This document shows positions 41,316-52,614 of a stretch of DNA of 64,000 bases, in pieces. Below the pieces are notes generated by a model. The model worked only from the letters and a program-made list of their open reading frames with translations, searched no databases and had not been told where the DNA came from. The translations under genes and the position numbers were made by a program. The stretch lies in contig OZ245003.1 of NCBI GenBank assembly GCA_965223425.1, positions 192,001-256,000 of the forward strand, read 5' to 3'. The DNA comes from Nitrosopumilus sp. (lineage in GTDB: Archaea; Thermoproteota; Nitrososphaeria; Nitrososphaerales; Nitrosopumilaceae). Positions within the stretch are counted from its first letter, which is position 1. Each line of letters opens with the position of its first letter.

Positions 41316-42709
41316 CTTTTCTTAGTAATTTTAGAAAACGCTGTTAAAAATAATTCTATCCTGCCTTCCAGTCCTGCTCTGGCATTTAATCCTGTAATTG
41401 ATACTATTTCTCCTAGTTCACATTTGCCAATTAGTCTTGCTTGATTTCTCCAACCTTTTACCCAAATTTGCCCCGTGTCATCCTCAACAAACATTTCTGA
41501 TAACGCTATTGATTCTCCGGATTTTGTTTGCACTTCACGTCTTTCAGGAACTTTTAAAATTATTGATTCTATACAATAATTTCCATCCACTTTGACATCG
41601 TTAATTTTTGTTCTAAGTTGAGACAATGACGGAATGGTTTCATCGTTATCTAATTTTCTTACAAATGAATTTCCATCTAATGAAATTGAATCTCCATAAA
41701 CTTTTGATGGCATGCACTCTATTACGTCTCCTTCTGCACAAACACTAGTTGAGTTTGAAACATCACTAATGCTGTACATGTTTTTCTTATTGTCCACTGC
41801 TAAAATCATTTTTTTGCCATCATCTGTTGTTGATACTGAAAGAACTCTTACAATTATTGGCTCTGCTTCTTTGCCTCCTTCAATCTCAATGATGGTTGCA
41901 TCATTACCATGAATTTCCAGTCCTTGACTTCCTGATCTTACTTTAACCCCAAGTAGTCTTACTTTGGCAGATCGAGAAATCATATTTGGAATAGATGATT
42001 CATCTTTCCCCCATAGAACAACTCTCATTGCAGTATCATCTTTACCCTTTAGCCTCATTCTAAGTGCTTTTCCAGGCTTACCACGAGAATTTGTAAATTC
42101 CATTCCACTAATCATTCCATCTGTTATTCCTGAAATCACAAGATCTTTTTGCCCTTCTTGTAATTCACTAATATCTTTTGTAATAGTATCGATAGTTGGA
42201 ATTTCACTTTTTGTATCAGTTGTTTCAATATTTGAACCAGAACCAATGTTTATTGTTGGTGAACCATCAAGATCTGATTTTACATAAGCTTTTATGATTT
42301 TGATTAAATCTCCTGGTTTTAGATTTTCAATTCCTGGCAAATTTGCTTTTTCATCCCACAACTTTACACTTGCAGTAGAATTCGTGTCATATACTGTCAT
42401 AGTTCTGAGATAAAATGGAGATCCGTCTTTTTTTGAAAACTGTTTTGCAGGTGATAAACTCAAAACTCTTGTTTCTAGCGAAATTTCTTTTGCTCCTGCG
42501 TATAGATCCTTTAAACTCATTTCAACTTTTAGGGGTTCTGTTAATGTAATTCCATAGTCAGATGCTATCAAAAATAAGGCTCCTTGGTCTGTCAAGTATC
42601 CTGCACCAATTTTTTCTTTTTTTTGCTTGATCTGTTCTTCAATGTCTTCTTTGACTAGTTCAGGTTTTTGTTCAAGTAGTTTATCAATTAAATTTTCAAA
42701 TTCAGACAA
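41312..42709 (-). CDS. rpa: replication protein A (multi-OB-fold ssDNA-binding protein)
   Basis: GAGYLTDQGALFLIA N-terminus and repeated OB folds (VKLW, VVLWG, VEDDTG). Confidence 0.85.
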   Translation of the reverse strand: MSEFENLIDKLLEQKPELVKEDIEEQIKQKKEKIGAGYLTDQGALFLIASDYGITLTEPLKVEMSLKDLYAGAKEISLETRVLSLSPAKQFSKKDGSPFYLRTMTVYDTNSTASVKLWDEKANLPGIENLKPGDLIKIIKAYVKSDLDGSPTINIGSGSNIETTDTKSEIPTIDTITKDISELQEGQKDLVISGITDGMISGMEFTNSRGKPGKALRMRLKGKDDTAMRVVLWGKDESSIPNMISRSAKVRLLGVKVRSGSQGLEIHGNDATIIEIEGGKEAEPIIVRVLSVSTTDDGKKMILAVDNKKNMYSISDVSNSTSVCAEGDVIECMPSKVYGDSISLDGNSFVRKLDNDETIPSLSQLRTKINDVKVDGNYCIESIILKVPERREVQTKSGESIALSEMFVEDDTGQIWVKGWRNQARLIGKCELGEIVSITGLNARAGLEGRIELFLTAFSKITKKS

Positions 42710-42824
42710 TTCAATGATGCTAAACTTGCTCTATTAATAAAAATTTCATTACTATAAAAAAACTCATTTTATTCAAAAAATGATCGCTAATTAACTAAAT
42801 TAATAGGGAGATCGCAGTTTTAGT

Positions 42825-43763
42825 GTGTCATGCATCAATGTCAAGCATCTTTCAAAATCATATGGTTCAGTCAAAGCTGTAGATGATCTTGCATTATCTG
42901 TAAAATCAGGACAGGTTTTTGGGTTTCTAGGTCCAAACGGGGCTGGAAAATCAACTACCATCAAACTATTAACAACGTTAATTCCTCCCTCAGGTGGCTC
43001 TCTCACTATTTTGGGAGTGGATGCTATAGCAAATCCACTCCAAATTCGTCATAAAATAGGCGTTGTTTTACAACAACCAAGTTATGAGCCTACCTTATCT
43101 GTGGAAAAATCCCTTGACAAATATGGTATGATGTGGAATGTTCCTAGAATTGAACGTAAAAAAAGAATGGAACAGCTATTGAAAGATTTTGATCTAGTTG
43201 AGATTCGCAAAAAAAGAAATGAAGATCTTTCAATTGGTCAACGAAGAAGAGTTCAGGTAGCTCGTGAGTTTATGCATGATATGGAATTATTATTTTTGGA
43301 TGAACCCACTGTTGGTTTAGATCCAAGTGCTAGAAGAAAATTACTAGATTATTTAAAAAATAAAGTAAAAACTGGATTAACAATTTTTTATACAACACAT
43401 ATTCTGATGGAAGCTGAATATCTTTGTGATGAAATTGCGATACTTGATGAAGGAAAAATAATCACTGTTGATTCTCCTGATGCTCTGAAGAATAGATTTG
43501 GAAAAGAAAAGACTATTAAAATTCATTTACTGGGAAAACAATCTGAAATTCCTTCTCTTTTATCTGGAATTCCAGACTGTAAAATCAATTTTGATACAGG
43601 AACTAACATAATTATTCATTCTGAGCAATCAGAATTGATATTATTACAGGTACTGCAAATCCTCAATGACAACAGATTTGAGATTGAGGATCTGTCAGCT
43701 GTTCCAGCAAATCTTGAAGAAATATTTTTAAAAATGGTGAGAGAAAATGCATCCAATAATTAG
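42825..43763 (+). CDS. ABC-2 transporter ATP-binding protein
   Basis: GPNGAGKS, LSIGQ, FLDEPT, TTH. Confidence 0.92.
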   Translation: MSCINVKHLSKSYGSVKAVDDLALSVKSGQVFGFLGPNGAGKSTTIKLLTTLIPPSGGSLTILGVDAIANPLQIRHKIGVVLQQPSYEPTLSVEKSLDKYGMMWNVPRIERKKRMEQLLKDFDLVEIRKKRNEDLSIGQRRRVQVAREFMHDMELLFLDEPTVGLDPSARRKLLDYLKNKVKTGLTIFYTTHILMEAEYLCDEIAILDEGKIITVDSPDALKNRFGKEKTIKIHLLGKQSEIPSLLSGIPDCKINFDTGTNIIIHSEQSELILLQVLQILNDNRFEIEDLSAVPANLEEIFLKMVRENASNN

Positions 43764-44508
43764 ACTTGTGAATAGAAACATTACAATTTCTTTAAATCCT
43801 GGATTTTTAATTTGGCAAATCATCTTCCCTTTAATCTATATTTTTGTTGCAGGATTTGCATATGCACCATTAATACAACAAGTTCCTTTTGGTACTAAAG
43901 ATCTTGATTATCCTGCATTTTTAGCATCGGGTATGATTGGATTTAATATCATGAATAGTACACTGGTTTCGGGCATCATTATCTGGAATGATAGAAGACA
44001 CGGAATGTTTGAACAGATAATGTCTGGACCATTTACCAGAAGTCATTACATACTAAGCAACATTTGTACTATAGGCATAATTGGACTAATAAGCGCAACA
44101 TTGATAGCTTTAGTTGGCTATCCCGTATTTTTTGAATCTGTAGAGTTTTCATTGATTACTATTCCGATAATCGTCTTTGGAGCAATTACTGGATCTGTAT
44201 TATTTGGCTCATTGGCATCAATCATTTCTACCAGATTGCGTTCAAGTGAGGGATTTAATGTAATTATTAACACTGTTTTCTTATTCTTTGCTTTTGTTAG
44301 TACTGCATTTTATCCGGCTGCTGGTGCTCCGGAACCATTACGCTCTGCATTTTATCTAAACCCGCTAACTTATCTTGTAGATGTAATTAGAGCAGGCATT
44401 TTTGGAAACTTTACCGAATTTGTAATTTATGAAATGATAGTTCTTGTTGGAATCGCATCTGTTCTATTTGTTATTGCTTCAAAACTTCTTACAAAGCTGG
44501 ATTTCTAG
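43747..44508 (+). CDS. ABC-2 transporter permease
   Basis: Six TM helices; STAFYP and NPLTYLVD motifs. Confidence 0.9.
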   Translation: MHPIIRLVNRNITISLNPGFLIWQIIFPLIYIFVAGFAYAPLIQQVPFGTKDLDYPAFLASGMIGFNIMNSTLVSGIIIWNDRRHGMFEQIMSGPFTRSHYILSNICTIGIIGLISATLIALVGYPVFFESVEFSLITIPIIVFGAITGSVLFGSLASIISTRLRSSEGFNVIINTVFLFFAFVSTAFYPAAGAPEPLRSAFYLNPLTYLVDVIRAGIFGNFTEFVIYEMIVLVGIASVLFVIASKLLTKLDF

Positions 44509-44517
44509 GAATTATAA

Positions 44518-45253
44518 TTATTTTTTAGATTTTTCATATAACTCATTAATTTTTTTAATTATATCCATATTTTCATATTTTATCAAACTAAGATTTGGAA
44601 TTACACAATGTCCTCCAATTACTCCAGGATACATTTTTGGTCTGTTGCCTAAATTTTCATGTATTTCATCAGCAAATTTCCACATTTCATCAAAATCAAT
44701 ACCTTCTTTTTCACAAATCATTTTTGTAATTTGCGCGTAACTGATCAACCATCCATAATTGTTGCATCAACGGTATTTTTGTCAATTCTGCAGTTTTGCT
44801 GGTTGACATCCAGTCTATTTTTTGAAATCTTTTTTCTAAATCAGATTTTATTTTTAAATCGAGTTGCTTATCATCTGATGCAATAAATTTTGTATATTTT
44901 TTGATATTCTCTAAAAATCTTTTATGTACACCACGTACAGGTGAATATAAAACTGGAATTTTAGATTTTTCTTGAATATTTTTTGTTGTACCTGGTTTTA
45001 TTGTAGAATGTATTAAAACAACTTTCAATCCCCCAATCTTACTAATCCAATTTGATGTAATATTTTCAAATTCCGTTAATTCACCTGGAAGACAAACATG
45101 AAGATATTCTGGATTCTCAATTGTAGAGTTTTCTGAATAATTTTCACATTTTGAATTATCTGTATCAATGCCTACACAATCAAAATTTCTTTCAACTAGT
45201 AAATCAAATATGGTCTTTCCCACTTCTCCCATTCCTAATATGATGTCAGTTAT
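44518..45253 (-). pseudogene. nucleotide-sugar (UDP-glucose/GDP-mannose family) dehydrogenase pseudogene
   Basis: GMGEVG, STIKPGTT, SPVRG in one frame; IGGHCVIPN in another; frameshift near 44755-44772; expected start position reads ATA. Confidence 0.8.
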
Positions 45254-45323
45254 TGTACCTAATTTCAGAAAAACTACCTATGTTATATTCGTGTTACCGC
45301 AATTGTTCATTTTTTAAATATAG

Positions 45324-45396
45324 TAGCCCGGCCCAGACTCGAACTGGGGTCAAGGGCTCCAAAGGCCCCTATGCTTGACCGCTACACTACCGGGCT
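45324..45396 (-). tRNA. tRNA-Gln(TTG)
   Basis: AGCCCGG...GGGGC-CT-TTG-GA-GCCCT...AGTTCGAGTCT...CCGGGCT-A. Confidence 0.96.
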
Positions 45397-45461
45397 GCTA
45401 AATCGAGCACTCTGATTCCCTTAATGAACTTTTTATTTGAATTTGACTCTTAAATGAAATT

Positions 45462-46292
45462 AAACTAAATCTATTCTTTGATCGTTTTGATTAATTTTTG
45501 AACAGGATCTTCCATCTGTTTTACAATTTTTTTTGCTCTGTTTTTGATTTATTTTTTCTGATGATTCAAATTTTCTTTATGTAGTTAGAAACTTTATTTG
45601 GGTTTGTTTCTCTTTTTACCCAATATTTTTTTATCAAAAACTTCTCAACAATATTTGGAACTGCATTATATGGTGTTGTTGGAATTTCCACTAATGTGGA
45701 TTCTGCTGTCATGATTCCACAGATCCTATGAAAACATCTGTGTATTGTTTAACAAATGTTTTGCATCAAATGACATTTTTATAATTTTGGCTTTTCCTCC
45801 AAATCTTTTTTTGAAGATTTTCAATTTGTTTAATGATTGGAGCTATTTTGCTTGATTTTGATGTATGTGCCGCCTCTTCCTCCTCTTCTTCTTTTTCCAC
45901 TCTGATCAAAATATTTTTTCTTTTATTATCTTTAAATGGTAGTCATCAGCATATGGTGAATCACAAAATGCTATGTGTTTTATTCCTAGACCAAATGAAA
46001 TTCTTGCTGCTTCTGGAGAACAAAAACTAATTGTTATGTCTGGTGAAAACATCTTGATTTTTCTAATAAGCTTCTCCTTCCTGTCAATACTGGCTCCAAG
46101 TTTAGCTTTTTTGTCACTCCCTCCATGTTTTCCAACAAAAACAAGGTCAAAATCACGTATTTTTGCCAATTTTGTAACTTCTCCATATACTCTAGAAGTA
46201 CACAAAATTCCGTGTTTTTTCCCAAGTTTTCCAATTATTGATTCGGAAAACAATAATTGTTTTGGAGTCAGAATATCTATCCATATTTTCAA
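45462..46292 (-). pseudogene. DUF354-family (GT-B-like) protein pseudogene
   Basis: N-terminus KIWIDILTPKQ...VGKHGG...SPEAARISFGLG is intact; middle deleted; C-terminal remnants MTAESTLVEIPTTPYNAVP and MEDPV are out of frame. Confidence 0.8.
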
Positions 46293-46357
46293 GTAATTTC
46301 CATAACTGTGGTAAGTTCAATAAGTTTTTCTTAGTCTATTACCCAGCTGTTATTGTA

Positions 46358-47497
46358 ATGGGGAGAGCAAAAGTTGTCGTTTATGGTCTTAGTACAGAAG
46401 GATATGCAATTGCATCCCAGATGGCAATCAAAGGTGCTGATGTTTACATAATAGACGAGTCCACTCCTTCAGCAATTTCACTTAAAGCTGAAGTTGCTAA
46501 AACGTATCCAAATGTATCTTCCCTAAAAGAGGACGAACCCTTGTTGGCGATGGAACCAATTGATGTGGCCATTTCCAAAGCCCAATATCTTTTCTTTACT
46601 CCAAGAATTAGAAAAACGGGTCAAGACACTAAAACTGAAATTCATTCTAAATTTAAAGACGCAACTAAATCATTAAAGAAAAATAGTTCAGTTGTTTTCA
46701 CTCTTCCAGCAGGGTTTGGAGGTAATAATGAAAATATTTCATTATTGGAGCATGTAACAGGTCTAGAGGTTGGAAAACATATTTCATATTTTTATTATCC
46801 GCTAGAAGACCTAAATCAGCAACCCAAGATTATTGGTTCTTTTAATGGAAAAGAAGATTCCAAATTATCTGAACTACTCACTACAGGTAAAAAAGAGAAA
46901 AAATTTGTTGCAATTTCATCATCAGAACATTTTCACGCTATTAATGTTCTATCTAGATTTTCTAGTTTATGTAGTGTTTTAGAGGTTTGTAAATACGCAC
47001 AAGATGAAATTACCAAAAATGATCTATCTTCAGATGATTTTCAGGAAATATTCCTTGATAATATGGTTAGTGGATTATTTGATCTAAAATCTCTAGGATC
47101 CTCATTTGAGGGTGCTAATACTCTCATATATCTAATTAATGGAAGTGTAAAAGGAATTGATGGATACATCAAAAGACTAATTGATGAAATTCGAGCAACA
47201 CTAAAGAAAAATGATCTTAAAGCTAGTAGAACAAAAATTGCATTATCTTGGACACTTGATCAACATGCAATGCGTGGAGATAAAATTGAGATGCTACAAA
47301 ATCTAACTTCTAAATTGCGTGATTATATAGGCGATGTAGAAGCTTATGAAGATCCAAACTTTGATCTTTTTCACAGTGATAAAACTACAATAGTTGTTGC
47401 ATGTTCAAAAACTGATCTTGAACATATTGAAAAGACTAAACAAGATTCTGATTTAATTGTAGTAAAAGCTAATCCTTTATGTGAAACTATTCAATAA
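46358..47497 (+). CDS. divergent nucleotide-sugar-dehydrogenase-like protein
   Basis: Degenerate Rossmann start VVVYGLSTEGYAIA; size and layout resemble UDP-sugar dehydrogenases but GGxC is absent. Confidence 0.6.
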   Translation: MGRAKVVVYGLSTEGYAIASQMAIKGADVYIIDESTPSAISLKAEVAKTYPNVSSLKEDEPLLAMEPIDVAISKAQYLFFTPRIRKTGQDTKTEIHSKFKDATKSLKKNSSVVFTLPAGFGGNNENISLLEHVTGLEVGKHISYFYYPLEDLNQQPKIIGSFNGKEDSKLSELLTTGKKEKKFVAISSSEHFHAINVLSRFSSLCSVLEVCKYAQDEITKNDLSSDDFQEIFLDNMVSGLFDLKSLGSSFEGANTLIYLINGSVKGIDGYIKRLIDEIRATLKKNDLKASRTKIALSWTLDQHAMRGDKIEMLQNLTSKLRDYIGDVEAYEDPNFDLFHSDKTTIVVACSKTDLEHIEKTKQDSDLIVVKANPLCETIQ

Positions 47498-47532
47498 TAA
47501 TTTAAATTAGCTAAATTATAATTTTCTTTGAT

Positions 47533-48099
47533 TTGTCAACTGAAAATAATTCTGATGAAATCCCTGTTGATGTTATATCTGAAAACGAACCTGAACCTGA
47601 TGATTCTTCAGAAAAATCAAACACTCCAGAAACGAATATTGAAGAATTATCAAACCTGTTAGAGATGGAAAAACGAAAGGTGTCAGAACATGAAGAAAAA
47701 CTAAAACATGTTTTAGCAGACTTTCAAAATCTTAATCGAAAAACCCAGTCTGATATAGAAAATGGCGTTAATACCAAAGTTGATGAATTTGTATTAGATT
47801 TTTTAAAAATATATGATGATTTTATTAGAGCTAAAGAAGTCTTTTCTGAAAATAAAATTAATACTGATGGTTTAGATTCAATTTTAAAAAATATGGATTC
47901 ATTGTTGGAAAAATATAATGTTGCTCCGATTGATGCATTGGGCGAAATCTTTGATCCAAACTACCATGAAGCTATTTCCATTATCTCTGATCCTGAGTTA
48001 GATGATAGCACAATTACAAAAGAGATCAGGAAAGGATATATTTCTCATGGGAGGGTTATAAGACCGACACTGGTAGAAATTTCAAAAAAAGGAGAATAA
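47533..48099 (+). CDS. grpE: nucleotide exchange factor GrpE
   Basis: ADFQNL, FDPNYHEAI, KGY...RVIRP. Confidence 0.93.
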   Translation: MSTENNSDEIPVDVISENEPEPDDSSEKSNTPETNIEELSNLLEMEKRKVSEHEEKLKHVLADFQNLNRKTQSDIENGVNTKVDEFVLDFLKIYDDFIRAKEVFSENKINTDGLDSILKNMDSLLEKYNVAPIDALGEIFDPNYHEAISIISDPELDDSTITKEIRKGYISHGRVIRPTLVEISKKGE

Positions 48100-48102
48100 A
48101 AT

Positions 48103-50067
48103 ATGGCTAAAATAATCGGTATTGATTTAGGAACAAGTAACTCTGCGGCTGCAGTTGTAATGGGTGGAAAGCCAACAATTATCCCTGCTGCAGAAGGAGC
48201 TACTGTGGGAGGAAAAGCGTTCCCATCTGTTGTCGCATTTTCAAAAGATGCTGATCTTTTAGTTGGAGAACCCGCACGAAGACAGGCAGTAACAAATCCT
48301 GATAGCACTATAGTTGCTGCTAAAAGAAAAATGGGATCTGATCATACTTTTAAAATTCAAGGCAAAGAGTACAAACCCCAACAAATTTCTGCATTTATTC
48401 TACAAAAAATCAAAAAAGATTCTGAAGCGTTTATTGGCGAATCTGTGGAAAAAGCAGTAATTACAGTACCTGCATATTTTGATGATAACCAGCGTCAGGC
48501 AACTAAAGACGCTGGAACAATTGCAGGTCTTGATGTTGTTAGAATTATCAACGAGCCAACAGCGGCATCATTGGCATTTGGATTAGATAAGGCAAAAGAG
48601 GACATGAAAATTCTTGTCTTTGATTTTGGTGGGGGTACATTAGATGTTACCATCATGGAAATGGGTGGTGGTGTTTTTGAAGTAATGAGTACATCTGGAG
48701 ACACTCAATTAGGTGGTACCGACATGGATAAAGTCATAATTGATTACATTGTTGATGAATTCAAGAAAAAAGAGGGTGTTGATCTTTCTCAAGATACAAC
48801 TGCAATGACAAGAATTAGAGAATCTGCTGAAAAAGCCAAAATTGAATTGTCTACAGTTATGGAAACTGATGTTAACTTGCCTTTTATTTCACATGATCCA
48901 TCATCTGGTGCAAAAAATCTTGAATTAAGAATGACTAGAGCTAAACTAGATGAATTAATTGAACCAATTGTTGAACGGTGCAAGCCTTCCATACTAAAAG
49001 CACTTGAAGATGCAAAGATATCCACTTCTGACATTAACAAAATTGTAATGGTTGGAGGACCTACAAGAATTCCACTGGTACAAAAATTTGTAAGCGAAAT
49101 TATTGGAAAAGACGCTGAATCTGGGGTTGATCCTATGGAGGCAGTAGCTATGGGGGCTGCAATACAGGCAGGAATTATTGCCGGAGATGTTGCTAGTGAT
49201 ATAGTTCTGCTTGATGTTACTCCGCTAACATTAGGAATTGAAACTTTAGGTGGGGTTAGAGAACCATTAATTGAAAGAAATACAACAATTCCAACTTCTA
49301 AAAGCAAAGTTTTCACGACTGCAGCTGATAATCAAACTGCTGTAACCATTCATGTTGTTCAAGGTGAACGGCCAATGGCAACTGATAATGTCTCATTGGG
49401 AAGCTTTAATCTGACTGACTTGCCTCCCGCTCCAAGAGGAGTTCCTCAAATTGAAGTGAAATTTGATATTGATGCAAATGGAATAATTAATGTTACAGCA
49501 AAAGATCTTGGAACCCAAAAGGAGGCAAAAATTACTATTGAATCTACATCAAAATTATCTAAAGAGGAAATCGAAAAATTAAAAGAAGATGCAGAAAAAT
49601 TCTCTGATGAAGATAAAAAGAAGAAAGAAAAAATTGATCTTAAAAATGAGGCAGAGAGTTATATCTACACTACAGAAAAATTAGTCAATCATGATTTAAA
49701 AGATAAAATTTCTCAAGAACAAGGAATTAAAATTACTGATGCTGTCAAAGAACTCAAAGAATCTTTAGATAAAGAACCTTCTGAATTAAAATCAAAACTT
49801 GAAGCATTACAAACTCTAGTTAATGAGGTAACCACTGAACTATACAAGAATGCATCGCCTCCTCCTGGTGCAGAAGGACAACAAGGTGCTGGTGCAGAAG
49901 GACAACAAGGTGCTGGTGCAGAAGGACAACAAGGTGCTGGTGCAGAAGGACAACAAGGTGCTGGTGCAGAAGGACAACAAGGTGCTGGTGCAGAAGGACA
50001 ACAAGGTGCTGGTGCAGAAGGACAAACAACTGAATCATCTTCAGATGATGAAACTAAAACTAGCTAA
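48103..50067 (+). CDS. dnaK: chaperone DnaK
   Basis: [32 protein letters not shown]. Confidence 0.98.
   Translation: MAKIIGIDLGTSNSAAAVVMGGKPTIIPAAEGATVGGKAFPSVVAFSKDADLLVGEPARRQAVTNPDSTIVAAKRKMGSDHTFKIQGKEYKPQQISAFILQKIKKDSEAFIGESVEKAVITVPAYFDDNQRQATKDAGTIAGLDVVRIINEPTAASLAFGLDKAKEDMKILVFDFGGGTLDVTIMEMGGGVFEVMSTSGDTQLGGTDMDKVIIDYIVDEFKKKEGVDLSQDTTAMTRIRESAEKAKIELSTVMETDVNLPFISHDPSSGAKNLELRMTRAKLDELIEPIVERCKPSILKALEDAKISTSDINKIVMVGGPTRIPLVQKFVSEIIGKDAESGVDPMEAVAMGAAIQAGIIAGDVASDIVLLDVTPLTLGIETLGGVREPLIERNTTIPTSKSKVFTTAADNQTAVTIHVVQGERPMATDNVSLGSFNLTDLPPAPRGVPQIEVKFDIDANGIINVTAKDLGTQKEAKITIESTSKLSKEEIEKLKEDAEKFSDEDKKKKEKIDLKNEAESYIYTTEKLVNHDLKDKISQEQGIKITDAVKELKESLDKEPSELKSKLEALQTLVNEVTTELYKNASPPPGAEGQQGAGAEGQQGAGAEGQQGAGAEGQQGAGAEGQQGAGAEGQQGAGAEGQTTESSSDDETKTS
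49867..50025 (+). repeat. 24-bp perfect tandem repeat (about 6.6 copies) in the dnaK 3' end
   Basis: GGTGCAGAAGGACAACAAGGTGCT, encoding (GAEGQQGA)n. Confidence 0.95.
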
Positions 50068-50116
50068 TTTTTCAAATTCAATCATTTATACAGTAATTAT
50101 GATAAAGGAATGATTC

Positions 50117-51202
50117 ATGACTGCAAAACGCGATTATTATGAAGTTTTAGGAGTTTCTAAAACGTCTTCTACAGATGAAATTAAACAGCAATATAGAAAA
50201 TTAGCATTAAAATTCCATCCAGATCGTAACAAATCTTCAGAAGCTGGCGAACATTTTAAAGAAATTTCAGAAGCATATGCTGTTCTTTCAGATACTGAAA
50301 AAAGGCAAATTTATGATCAACATGGTCATGCAGGCGTTGATGGTAGGTACAGCAGTGATGATATATTCCAAGGAGCACGTGGAGATTTTAGTGATATATT
50401 TGGTCGTGGAGGCGGAGGATTTGATTCTATTTTTGAATCAATTTTTGGTCGTGGAGGCGGAGGATTTGGATTTAATCAACAACGAGGTTCTGATATTCTC
50501 TATCAAACTTCAGCAACATTAGAAGATGTTCTTCATGGAAAAAAAATGAAAATTGATTTACACAAACAGATTCAATGTGATGTTTGTGATGGAATTGGTT
50601 GCAAGCCTGGTACTAACAAGAAAACATGCACAACATGTAGTGGTCAAGGACAAGTGAGACAAACTCGCAATATGGGATTTGCTTCATTTGTGACAGCTGC
50701 ACCTTGTTCTGCTTGTAGAGGTCAAGGTTCAATTATTGAAACTCCCTGTGGAGAATGTAAAGGCCAAGGAAGAAAAAAAGGTACCAAAAAAGTCACTTTT
50801 GAAATTCCACCTGGAATTGATTCAGGTGATTATACTGTTCCAGGAGAAGGAAATGAAACTCCTGACGGTGTTAATGGCGATCTAATCGTTCGAGTTGTAG
50901 TACAACCTCACACACAATTCAACAGAGATGGAAAAGATATTTTCTATGATCAAGATGTTTCAATGATTGACGCCACATTAGGTTGCGAAATTGTTGTTCC
51001 AACTTTGGAGGGTACAGAAAAAATTAAAGTTGATTCTGGTAGTCAACCAAACACTATACTGAAACTAAAGGGAAAAGGAGTTCCGCATATTAATTCTAGA
51101 GGTAGGGGAGATCAATATGTGCGAATTGTGGTAAATATTCCTAAAAAACTCAATAAACATCAAAAAAATCTTCTAGATGAATTTCGAAAAACTGGTGATT
51201 AG
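50117..51202 (+). CDS. dnaJ: chaperone DnaJ
   Basis: HPD, G/F region, four CxxCxGxG repeats. Confidence 0.97.
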   Translation: MTAKRDYYEVLGVSKTSSTDEIKQQYRKLALKFHPDRNKSSEAGEHFKEISEAYAVLSDTEKRQIYDQHGHAGVDGRYSSDDIFQGARGDFSDIFGRGGGGFDSIFESIFGRGGGGFGFNQQRGSDILYQTSATLEDVLHGKKMKIDLHKQIQCDVCDGIGCKPGTNKKTCTTCSGQGQVRQTRNMGFASFVTAAPCSACRGQGSIIETPCGECKGQGRKKGTKKVTFEIPPGIDSGDYTVPGEGNETPDGVNGDLIVRVVVQPHTQFNRDGKDIFYDQDVSMIDATLGCEIVVPTLEGTEKIKVDSGSQPNTILKLKGKGVPHINSRGRGDQYVRIVVNIPKKLNKHQKNLLDEFRKTGD

Positions 51203-51750
51203 TGAGAAAAATGAAAATTGCGTTAGATGTTGATGGCGTACTTGCTGACGTGATTAAACCTTGGTTAGCTTATAGCAATACAATTAGACAGAAAATTTCT
51301 AAACATGATATTACTGATTGGGATTTTTGGAAGAGATTTCAAATCAGCCGCTATGATTTCTATACTGAACTGAACCTGTGTTGGAAAAATTGGATTTCTA
51401 TACCTCCTACAGAAGATAATTTGTCAGCTCTTACAAAAAATCTCTCCAATCTTGGTCAAGTAGATATTGTTACTGCTAGAGAAAATACAACTAATTCTTT
51501 TGTAAAAAATTGGTTGAATCATCATGACATATCATATGACAATTATGTATCCGTAATTGATGGTCCTATGAAGGCAGATTTAGATTATGATGTATTTATT
51601 GATGATTCACCATTAAATGCACAAAAATTTCTTCAGAATAAAAAAAGGCTAATCCTGTATTCACAACCTTGGAACCATCATATTAATGAAAATAAGGTTC
51701 ATAGAATTTCAAATCTCTCAGAAGCAATTGAAAAAATAAAACGCAATTAA
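51202..51750 (+). CDS. HAD-superfamily 5'(3')-nucleotidase-like protein
   Basis: DVDGVLAD, IVTAR, FIDDSP, QPWN. Confidence 0.85.
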   Translation: MRKMKIALDVDGVLADVIKPWLAYSNTIRQKISKHDITDWDFWKRFQISRYDFYTELNLCWKNWISIPPTEDNLSALTKNLSNLGQVDIVTARENTTNSFVKNWLNHHDISYDNYVSVIDGPMKADLDYDVFIDDSPLNAQKFLQNKKRLILYSQPWNHHINENKVHRISNLSEAIEKIKRN

Positions 51751-51911
51751 TCTTTTACAAATTTTCTAATGTTAACTTGGTGCCCATTTCTTACATGCAT
51801 AACATGCGTTGTTTTTAACAACTCTCCAATTTTGTCATCGTCATAGAATTTGATATTGTAACGTCCAAGTATTTTTTTACAATTCATACAATATACTTCT
51901 CTAAATTCCAT
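51747..51911 (-). CDS. 54-aa putative Zn-binding protein
   Basis: MEFREVYCMNCKK...THVMHVRNGH; start placed at the internal ATG. Confidence 0.65.
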   Translation of the reverse strand: MEFREVYCMNCKKILGRYNIKFYDDDKIGELLKTTHVMHVRNGHQVNIRKFVKD

Positions 51912-52504
51912 CTTCTTCACTTGATCAATTGGATGTATTTGTTCCATGTATAATAAAGAAACTTTGTGTAGTTTGGCGCCAAACTGCATAAACTTGCGTA
52001 TATCTGATTTGAGATAAACTGGGATGGATATTCCAAAAAAGTATGTCCTGCAGGCAAACAAGACTGATTTTCATGAACGAATTCATGCAAGAATATCTAA
52101 AAAAACAAGGATGCGGTGGGAAGCCTTCTTGGAGCCAAAAGAATTACAATCGTGTATGCTTCAGTAAGGGATGGTATTTCTGCCATGTCAGAATTTATTC
52201 TGTAATGGAATTTGAATCGATGTCAGTAGGTTTGGGACACTTCGGGCCAGATGCCGCAACTGTCTCGGCAATTTTGTATTGAGATTTAGCATATACTTTT
52301 TTTCTGAGTTTTGATTATCGTTGCTCATACGTTAGATTGCCCACAATTACTATTTACTTCCACTAACTAAATTGCAGTATGATGTTACATTAATCTGTAG
52401 TTAGGCGTAAATTTCATACTGCAGATGTCTTTTACGCAGAACAGGCGACTTTATACAATATTCCTAAATAAAGAGACTTATTCTAGATTTCAAAAATTGA
52501 CATT

Positions 52505-52589
52505 GCGGGAGTCGCCCAGCCTGGCCAACGGCGTAAGGTTCAGATCCTTATCTTTCAGGAGTTCGTGGGTTCAAATCCCACTTCCCGCA
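52505..52589 (+). tRNA. tRNA-Leu(CAG)
   Basis: GCGGGAG...TAAGG-TT-CAG-AT-CCTTA, long variable arm, GGTTCAAATCC...TTCCCGC-A. Confidence 0.96.
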
Positions 52590-52614
52590 CTACAATCAGG
52601 ATATCTTGGTTCTG

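Noticed and set aside
49820-50113. Repetitive alternative-frame ORFs ([24 protein letters not shown])
   Set aside because: Shadow translations of the dnaK 24-bp repeat
51920-52480. Possible gene remnant upstream of tRNA-Leu
   Set aside because: Short ORFs on both strands with no motif I can support
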